DNA of 64,000 nucleotides from Candidatus Leptofilum gracile (GTDB lineage Bacteria; Chloroflexota; Anaerolineae; Promineifilales; Promineifilaceae). Of this stretch, positions 48,388 through 55,613 are shown one piece after another. Each line of letters begins with the position of its first letter. The first letter of the stretch is position 1. The notes under the pieces were generated by a model. The model did no database searches. It was not told the DNA's origin and saw only the letters and a program-made list of their open reading frames with translations. The position numbers and the translations under genes were made by a program. The DNA lies in contig JADJOJ010000003.1 in assembly GCA_016713825.1 (NCBI GenBank), positions 228,733-292,732 on the forward strand, read 5' to 3'.

Positions 48388-50009
48388 AGTTCTTCCTCAA
48401 TTTTCACCGCAGAGAGCGCGGAGGGCGAAAAAAAAAAAAAAAAAACCTCCGCGCCCCGCGCCGCCCCCCGGGGCAAAAAAAAATAATCAACATTCAGACG
48501 CTGGATGTCTGCCAAAAGGGTGCGGCGGAGGTGGAGGGTTTGGCAGAGGTGGGTGACGGTTTTTTGCCAGGCGCTGTTGAGGCCGGGGATGGTGGTGAGT
48601 TGGGAAACGGCCGTATCTGCCAACACCGGATCGCACTTTTGGCCAAAGCGGCGCAATAGATTGTTCAGCGTGGGGTCGGGCGCTTTGTCGGCGGCGGTTT
48701 GTAAATGCTGCGCGAACAAATCGAGCCAAAATTGGCCCAGTGCGGCGGGCCAGGGCTGCTGCCAATGCTGTAAAAAGATAAAGAGCGGGTCAGCGCGGTG
48801 CAAGCTGGTAGCTTGCTGCGCCGCTTGCTGCACCAGCGCTGCACAGCGGTCGGGCGGCAGCACGGGCACCAGCCGCCCGGCTGAACTGTTGAACGCGCTG
48901 GCGAGGATGATCGCTTCAGCCCAGGCGGCGTCGTTTTGGCGAATGGCGGCGGTGCTGAAGGCGCTGATGAGCGTACGCGGCCAGCCGCTGTTCAGCGCGG
49001 CGTTGACGATTTCTTGCGGCGTTTTTTGCCACGTTTCGGTCCAATGGTTGAGCGGCACCCGGTTGATGAGCTGGCTGAGCAGGCGGGATTGCACCTTCGC
49101 TTTTTCCTCTGGTTTGAAGGTGGGAATGCCGTCGCGCAGCATGGCGGGGCTGATCTCCTGGGGCAGGCGGATGGTGATGGCGCGTTCGTGGTGGGGCGTC
49201 CAGCTGAGCACGCCAGCGACGTGCTGCGTCAGGCGCTGGGCCAGGCGGGATTGCGGCAGTTTGGCCAGCAGATCGGCGGCGGCCTGGCGCACGAGATGGG
49301 TGCGATCGTCTAGAGCGGCTTCTAAAAATGGCTCATCGGCCTGGCTTAAATTGACGTCCAGCAGTTTGATTGCCTGGTGGCGGACGAGGCCGCTGTTGTT
49401 TTTCCAGGTGTGTTCCAGCAGTTGGCGGCCTAGCTGAGGTTGCGTGGCGCGGAGTTGGCGGAGCAGGGCGTGGCGCTGGACGGGTACGGCCGTTTCCCAT
49501 TCCGCCAACAAGCCTGCCCAGCTGTCGATGGCGGGGGAAGCGTAATGCCATTCTGGGTTTTGCCCGGCCAGCCAGCGGCCGCGTTGGCCGAGCACTGCCA
49601 AAATAGCGGGGCGAGATTGCGACAGCTTTTTCCCTTTTTCCAGCAGGCTGGGCAGCAAAATTTCGGGCACGCGGTGGCCAGTTTGGGCCAGCGCTGCCAG
49701 CATCTCTGGCAGCAGCACCGCCTGCGACCCTTCCATGAGCAAATCGAGCTGGTAGGCGATGTGCGCCGGGCAGACGGGCAAATCGGGCCGGGTTGCGGTG
49801 GGGGTGGTGGGTGCGTTTTGCCGGGGCTGCCAGCCAGTTTGCTGGTGCAGGGCCACGGTGCCGGCCACGGCCAGCAGGCTGGCGGCGTCTTCCTGCGGCG
49901 GCAGCTGGGTGAGCAGTTGGCCAAGGGCGTTGCGACCCGGCAAGTTGGGTAATTCGGCCCGGTTGGTGCCCAGTAGGGCGGTTTTGATGGTGTCGTTCCA
50001 GGCGGTCAT
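48327..50009 (-). CDS. Conserved hypothetical protein (DUF5691-like); 3' end uncertain
   Basis: ATG 50009 overlaps the SWIM gene stop (ATGA). It is leucine-rich and helical-repeat-like throughout. The last ~55 codons read through the A18/GC low-complexity segment and into the AAA+ gene, so the true stop is probably near 48490 and has been lost or shifted. Confidence 0.55.
   Translation of the reverse strand: MTAWNDTIKTALLGTNRAELPNLPGRNALGQLLTQLPPQEDAASLLAVAGTVALHQQTGWQPRQNAPTTPTATRPDLPVCPAHIAYQLDLLMEGSQAVLLPEMLAALAQTGHRVPEILLPSLLEKGKKLSQSRPAILAVLGQRGRWLAGQNPEWHYASPAIDSWAGLLAEWETAVPVQRHALLRQLRATQPQLGRQLLEHTWKNNSGLVRHQAIKLLDVNLSQADEPFLEAALDDRTHLVRQAAADLLAKLPQSRLAQRLTQHVAGVLSWTPHHERAITIRLPQEISPAMLRDGIPTFKPEEKAKVQSRLLSQLINRVPLNHWTETWQKTPQEIVNAALNSGWPRTLISAFSTAAIRQNDAAWAEAIILASAFNSSAGRLVPVLPPDRCAALVQQAAQQATSLHRADPLFIFLQHWQQPWPAALGQFWLDLFAQHLQTAADKAPDPTLNNLLRRFGQKCDPVLADTAVSQLTTIPGLNSAWQKTVTHLCQTLHLRRTLLADIQRLNVDYFFLPRGAARGAEVFFFFFSPSALSAVKIEEELWKQFYAPTPSSSLPPSFTN
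48405..48485. repeat. Low-complexity segment: GCGCGGAGG-CG-A18-CCTCCGCGC hairpin, then a GC run, then A9
   Basis: A18 at 48428-48445. GCGCGGAGG/CCTCCGCGC arms flank it. A9 at 48475-48483. It lies between the DUF5691-like body and the AAA+ start and is translated as FFFFF in the ORF track. Confidence 0.9.
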
Positions 50010-51292
50010 TTGGCACCTCGCCAGATGAGGATGTCTTGCCAGGTTTGCTGGGCGTGGACGGTGAATGGGGTGAGGCAACGGCCGTTCCACACGCCAAAAA
50101 TTGTCAGGTCAAAACGGCCGCCTGCCAGCGCCAGCAGGTGCCAGCCGTGGCTAAACTTGTCGGGCAGGGGCAGCCAGGTGCCGCTGGGGTCTTCTAGCTG
50201 CCAGCCGGATTCGGTTGGTTTGGGCTGGACGTTTGGCAGCAGCATGGGGAAATGTGCCAACCACGGATTTGCGGCCAGGGAACGGCCGTACGCCTGGGTC
50301 GCGGTGCGAATCGAAGCAAAACCAACCGGGGCAATCGCTGGGGCGGCAATCGCTTGCAGCTGGCCGTGGCGGACGGCAATTTGGGGCCAGCCGCTGGGGG
50401 CAAACTGGAGTGCGCCGCGCCAGGCGCTGCCGCTGGGCAGCCAACTGCCTTCGGGCACGGCGCTGCGGCTCAGATCGATCAGTTGGGCGGTGATCTGGGT
50501 TTCTTGCCCCCAGAGCCAGGTGGTGTGGCGGGTCTGGCTGCCAGCTGGCTCTTGCTGCCGCCCCAGCACCAGCCAGTTGTCGCTGATGGGTGGGTTTTCT
50601 GTGGAAGTGGGCAGCCAGCCAACGGCCGTTTGCAAATCGGCCTGGGTGGTGGCGGGCAGCTGCTCAAACTGGCGGAACCCTTGAATGATGAGGTAAAGAC
50701 GGCCGATTTCTTGCAGCGTCTGTTCCGGCCAGTCGGGCTGGGTTTTGGGCAGCTGGGCCAGGTGGCGCACCGTTTGGGCCAGGGGCAGCGCCTGGGTATC
50801 GACGAGGCGGTGGGCCATGGTGTCCCAATACGCTTGAGGGCGTTCGGGCAGGCGGGCCAGGCCGTGGCGCACCATGTCTAGCAGCCACAGTTCCAGGGCA
50901 TCGAGCCCGGTTTTTAGCTGGGGCAGGTTGTGGGGTTGGGAACGGCCGTTGGGCCGCTGCTGCTTGATCTGCTCTCGTTTGGCCCAGGTGGCGAGGCGGC
51001 GATTGGGTGGCTGGGGAGTGAATTTGTGGGCGTGCTGCTGCCACAGTTGCAGCAGGGCCAGGCTGTGGCGGCAGGGGGCTTTGCGGCTGTTGCAGGTGCA
51101 GAGGTAGCTGAAGGTGGGCAGGTAGACGGCCGTTTCTGTGGTTTGGTTACGGCCGTTGGGGTGAATGCCCCAAACGGTGTCGTCTGCGTGATGCAGGGCG
51201 ATCCATTTTTGCGGCTCCGCCAGGCCACGCCCGGCGCGGAGGGTAAATTGATCAGGTGCCAGACCCAATATTTGTTCAGTGGTCCAATTCAT
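50006..51292 (-). CDS. SWIM zinc-finger protein, first gene of the operon
   Basis: 428 aa. CxCx(6)CxH signature in YLCTCNSRKAPCRHSLALL. Confidence 0.75.
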   Translation of the reverse strand: MNWTTEQILGLAPDQFTLRAGRGLAEPQKWIALHHADDTVWGIHPNGRNQTTETAVYLPTFSYLCTCNSRKAPCRHSLALLQLWQQHAHKFTPQPPNRRLATWAKREQIKQQRPNGRSQPHNLPQLKTGLDALELWLLDMVRHGLARLPERPQAYWDTMAHRLVDTQALPLAQTVRHLAQLPKTQPDWPEQTLQEIGRLYLIIQGFRQFEQLPATTQADLQTAVGWLPTSTENPPISDNWLVLGRQQEPAGSQTRHTTWLWGQETQITAQLIDLSRSAVPEGSWLPSGSAWRGALQFAPSGWPQIAVRHGQLQAIAAPAIAPVGFASIRTATQAYGRSLAANPWLAHFPMLLPNVQPKPTESGWQLEDPSGTWLPLPDKFSHGWHLLALAGGRFDLTIFGVWNGRCLTPFTVHAQQTWQDILIWRGAK

Positions 51293-51499
51293 TCGCTACA
51301 AAATCCAGGTGGTGAAGCCGCGCTTCACCCGAAGGCCAGTTCGTTCTGTTTACGCGGGCAGCGTGGGAACGTTGCAGTGGCCATGTGGTTTGTTGGACAC
51401 GGGTTTGGCGGTTGGGTCACATTTTGGCTGAGCACAACGAATTGGCGTAATTAACGAATTTACCGTTCGTCTGGGGTCGGTTTTGGGTAAAATGGGGGC

Positions 51500-52078
51500 A
51501 TGCGTGAAAAGATTCGTTTGTTTATTGCGATTGAGTTGCCGGAGGGGGTGAAGGATGCGCTGGCGGAAACGGCCGTTTCCCTGACTAAAAACGTCCCCGC
51601 TGGGGCGATTCGCTGGGTGGGCCGTGAGCAGATGCACCTGACGCTGCGTTTTTTGGGGGATACGGCCGTTGCCCAACTGCCCGCCCTGCACGATGAACTG
51701 ACCCAGCTGGCTGCGCGCCACCAACCGTTTCAGCTGCGGCTGCGCGGCGTGGGGGCGTTCCCCAACGCCAAACGGCCGCGCGTGGTGTGGGCGGGGCTGG
51801 CGGGGGAGTTGGCCCGGCTGCAAACGATGCAGGCGGCGTTGGAAGATCGGGTGGTGGCGTTGGGCTGGGCGCGGGAGAAACGGCCGTTCAACCCGCATCT
51901 AACGTTGGGGCGGGTGAAGGATGTCGGGCCGGCGCGGGGCTTAAATTGGGGGGTAGATTTGGCGGAAGTTGGGTTTGGGGTAACGGCCGTTCAGCTGGTG
52001 CAGAGTGAATTACGGCCGTCTGGTCCACTGTACACCGTGCGCCATCAGGTGGTGCTTAATCAATATGCAGGTGCATGA
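51500..52078 (+). CDS. thpR: RNA 2',3'-cyclic phosphodiesterase (2H family, LigT/ThpR)
   Basis: 192 aa. Two HxT motifs: MHLTLRFLG and NPHLTLGR. Confidence 0.88.
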   Translation: MREKIRLFIAIELPEGVKDALAETAVSLTKNVPAGAIRWVGREQMHLTLRFLGDTAVAQLPALHDELTQLAARHQPFQLRLRGVGAFPNAKRPRVVWAGLAGELARLQTMQAALEDRVVALGWAREKRPFNPHLTLGRVKDVGPARGLNWGVDLAEVGFGVTAVQLVQSELRPSGPLYTVRHQVVLNQYAGA

Positions 52079-52655
52079 GTGGGGCTGGCGGCTGTTGGGC
52101 ATAATTGCTGTGGCGGATGAGTTGCAGCGATGGATAATCCAGCGGCGCACTTAAAAAACTGTTCACATCCTGCGTGGTTTTTAGAAAAATAATATGCTTT
52201 TCGTGGGCAATGGGGCTGAGCTGCTGCATCACATACGGTTTGGCTCGGTCTGGGTAGCTGAGGACGTGGCGCACAAATTGGAACAGTTGAGGGTCCAGCA
52301 GCGGCTCTATGCAGCCATCGGCAATGTCGGGGCGGGGGCGTTTGCGATATTTAATGCGTCGTTTGATGGCTCGTAGGGCACAAATCCAGGGGGACAAGTC
52401 TAGAAACACCACCGAATCGGCCGCTTCCAGGCGAATATCCATCGTATCGCGATAATTGCCATCCATGATCCAACTGTCTCGCTTTACCAGGTCATAGACA
52501 GTGTTGCGCCATTCTGGTGCGGGTGTGCCCACCCAGCCTGGGTGCCAAAAATGCCGGTCCAGGTGAATGACGGGTAGTTCTAATTTTGCCCCAAGCTGAC
52601 GAGCTAATGTGGATTTACCAGAGCCGCTTGAACCAATAATGAGGATGCGTTTCAT
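52056..52655 (-). CDS. P-loop NTPase, adenylate-kinase-like / topology-modulation-like (paralogue 1)
   Basis: 199 aa from ATG 52655. MKRILIIGSSGSGKSTLARQLG...IHLDRHFWHPGW. Confidence 0.75.
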   Translation of the reverse strand: MKRILIIGSSGSGKSTLARQLGAKLELPVIHLDRHFWHPGWVGTPAPEWRNTVYDLVKRDSWIMDGNYRDTMDIRLEAADSVVFLDLSPWICALRAIKRRIKYRKRPRPDIADGCIEPLLDPQLFQFVRHVLSYPDRAKPYVMQQLSPIAHEKHIIFLKTTQDVNSFLSAPLDYPSLQLIRHSNYAQQPPAPLMHLHID

Positions 52656-52913
52656 ACTTGTGCTGCCCTCCAACGGGCGATTAAATTGGGCGGGGTGCTT
52701 AAACGTTGGCTGTGTGGGATAATGGTTTTTGCCCGATTCGGGAGCCAACGGCTGCGCCCAACGGAATTCATTGCTTAAACAGTTTTGAATGCTCATAGAA
52801 CTACCAGTGAATGAACAGAGTTGGTGTTGTCTTGGCTGGAATGCAAGGCTGTGTGGCTGTGACAACGGTGTGCTAAACGATATGGAGTCATCCTAAAACA
52901 AAGAGAAAAAATT

Positions 52914-54678
52914 GTGAGTGAATTTGACGTTAATAGATCACAGCAGACTGACAAAAGTACCACTGGTCGCTGGGTCTTATCCCATCTTTCACAGCACAAG
53001 CTGCTTATTGCGGGCATGTTCATTGGCGCGTTTGGCAATGCGGCGCTGGCGGCGGTAGTGCCGGTGTTGATTGGGCTTGCTTTTGATGCGGCGCTGGCTT
53101 CTCCGGCGGATATGCGCACCATTGGTTTGATGGCGCTGGGGGTGATTGGCAGCCAGGCGGTGCGGGCGGTGTTGCAGTTGGGGCGCAACTTTTCTAGCGC
53201 GGTGATGGGGGAGCGGCTGGAGCGGGATATGCGCGAGGAGCTGTACGCGAGCCTGCTAGGCAAGAGCACCGCTTTTCATGATTTGCAGCCGGTGGGCGAC
53301 ACAATGGCCCGGGCGACCAACGACGTGCATGAAGTAAATTTGCTGATGAATCCGGGGGTGAACCTGGTGGCGGGTTCGGCTAATTTTATGATTATGCCGC
53401 TGCTGGTCGCGCCGAGTTATCACCCGCAGTTGGCGGCGGCTCCGCTGTTTTTCATCATCACCTACATTTTGGCGGTGATACGTTATTTGCGGGTGCTGCA
53501 AGGGATTGCGGATCGGGTGCGGCGGGCGTTTGGGGCTTTGAACGGCCGTCTCGCCGAAGCGATCGACGGCATTGAGCTGGTAAAAAGCACGGCGCAGGAA
53601 ACCCAGGAAATTGGCTTGTTCAACGAAAATGCCACCGGCTACCGGGATGCGGCGGTGGAGCAGGGCAAAATCGAAGCCCGCTTTTTGCCGCTGCTGCTGC
53701 TGGGCATTACCCAGGGGCTGGGCTTTATGCATGCGCTCTACCTGTTTAACCTGGGGCAGATTGCGGTGGGTGACGTGGTGGGCTACATGGGGCTGCTGGC
53801 GCTGTTTGGCTTTCCTACGTTTATCTCGCTGCTGGCGTATTCGCGGGTGTCGTTGGGGTTGGCGGGGGCGCGGCGCATTTTGGAGTTGATGAACGCGGAG
53901 ACTTTGCTGGATGAAAATGCGGCGGGATATCAGGGGGAAATTACCGGGGCGGTGCAGTTTGACCAGGTGACGTTTGGTTATGTGACGGATTCCCCACGTG
54001 CTGCAAGCTGTTGATTTTGCCATCGAGCCGGGGCAGACGGTGGCCATTGTGGGGCAGACGGGGGCGGGCAAGAGCACGTTGGCCAAGTTGGTTAACCGGA
54101 CGTATGATGTGGGAAACGGCCGTCTCCTCATAGACGGCATCGACGTGCGCAACTGGAACCTGGCGGCGCTGCGCCAACAAATTTCTATCATCGAGCAAGA
54201 TATCTTTTTATTCTCGCGCACGGTGGGGGAGAACATCGCTTTTGGCTGCCCCGACGCTACGCAGGCGATGATTGAGGAGGCGGCCAAAGCGGCCCAGGCG
54301 CACGACTTCATCCGCAATTTTAAGGATGGGTACCAGACGGTGATTGGCGAGCGGGGCGTGACGCTTTCTGGCGGGCAGCGGCAGCGGCTGGCGCTGGCGC
54401 GGGCGTTCCTCACGCGGCCGCGCATCCTCATTTTGGATGATTCCACCAGTGCGGTAGACAGCGCCACGGAGGACCAAATTCAGCAGGCGATTGTGCGGGC
54501 GGCGGCCCACCAAACCACGATTTTAATCACCCACCGGCTGTCGCAGATTCGCTGGGCAGACAAGGTGGTGGTGTTGCGCAAGGGACGCATGGAGGCCGTG
54601 GGCAGTCACGATGAGCTGATGGTGCGCTCGGTGGCGTATCGGCGCATTTTTGAGCAGTACGAGGCGATTGAGGAATAG
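52914..54678 (+). pseudogene. ABC exporter, fused permease/ATPase, split by one frame shift at a C4 run
   Basis: The TMD ORF 52914-54014 ends ...[20 protein letters not shown]. The NBD ORF 53998-54678 starts within ...[27 protein letters not shown]. Removing one C from CCCC (53992-53995) joins them as [14 protein letters not shown]. Signature LSGGQRQR, Walker [10 protein letters not shown]. Confidence 0.8.
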
Positions 54679-54758
54679 GGCAGTCGATTTGTACGCCAGA
54701 GTGGATTCCCGCTTGGGCGGGAATGACAGGTTGAAAATTTAGCGATGTAGGAAAGTAG

Positions 54759-54986
54759 ATGAAAGCACTTGTGTATTATTGCCGCTGGCACAGTGCCAGC
54801 TTGAGATTGCGGGGGCGGGATGAAACGGCCGTTTGGGGCCATCTCGTCTACCAAGCAGAAACCCCAGACGAATGGCTGCAAGAATTTCGCTTTGAGCTTA
54901 AAACGTGGCGGCTGACGCTGCAAACGGAAGCTGGTGAAGAAACGGTGCAGCTAGACGACATGGGGGTGGTGCAAACCGAAAGTTAA
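54759..54986 (+). CDS. Small hypothetical protein
   Basis: 75 aa. AGGAAAG lies 5 nt upstream of the ATG. No recognisable motif. Confidence 0.35.
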   Translation: MKALVYYCRWHSASLRLRGRDETAVWGHLVYQAETPDEWLQEFRFELKTWRLTLQTEAGEETVQLDDMGVVQTES

Positions 54987-55504
54987 CGTGGCAGCTGGGA
55001 AAACCATCGCCTGGTGTGGCGTGGGGCGGAGTGACGAATCCAGGTGAGATGCGGATACGCGCCCTCTTGCATTTCTTTTTGAAATTTCTGCCGCCGCGAG
55101 CCGTGCGTTTGGTAAATCCAGACGAAGAGTGACTCTTTAGAGAAAAACTGTTTGCGAAACGTTTCTCGATTGCCGCCCCACAATTCCTCGCGCAGCAACA
55201 CCCGCTGGAGCACCCGCCGCAGCATGCGCCAATAGCAAACCCAAATGGAATAATCCAGCCAGACGATGGTGTCGGCCTGGGACCAGATGATGTGGTGGGC
55301 GCTGCTGTAGTTGCCGTCGATGATCCAGAACGGCCGTTCCACCGCTTGCGCCACATCGGCCAAAAAGTGCGGGGATTTGGTCCAGTTTTCGCCCCAGTAC
55401 AGCCCATCCAGCTCAATGTGCGGATAGTTAAGCCGGGCCGCCAACTGCTTCGCCAACGTCGATTTGCCCGCCCCACTTGTGCCTATGATGATAATTCGTT
55501 TCAA
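54983..55504 (-). CDS. P-loop NTPase, adenylate-kinase-like / topology-modulation-like (paralogue 2)
   Basis: 173 aa, TTG start. [41 protein letters not shown] is collinear with the 52056-52655 product. Confidence 0.75.
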   Translation of the reverse strand: MKRIIIIGTSGAGKSTLAKQLAARLNYPHIELDGLYWGENWTKSPHFLADVAQAVERPFWIIDGNYSSAHHIIWSQADTIVWLDYSIWVCYWRMLRRVLQRVLLREELWGGNRETFRKQFFSKESLFVWIYQTHGSRRQKFQKEMQEGAYPHLTWIRHSAPRHTRRWFSQLPR

Positions 55505-55516
55505 TTCGTTTCCTGG

Positions 55517-55577
55517 ACCAGGGGATGAATCCCCAGGCTATTGCGACTACCAACCAGGGGATGAATCCCCAGGCTAT
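55517..55577. repeat. Two 25-nt direct repeats (ACCAGGGGATGAATCCCCAGGCTAT), period 36
   Basis: Identical copies at 55517-55541 and 55553-55577. Each contains the small hairpin GGGGA-tgaa-TCCCC. Confidence 0.9.
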
Positions 55578-55613
55578 GGGGGGTTACCGATTACCGGATT
55601 ACTGACGACCGTT

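Noticed and set aside
48428-48445. Poly-Phe (FFFFF) segment as a real protein feature of the DUF5691-like gene.
   Set aside because: It is encoded by an A18 homopolymer in a hairpin loop in what should be an intergenic spacer. The reading frame then overlaps the ATPase gene by 61 nt.
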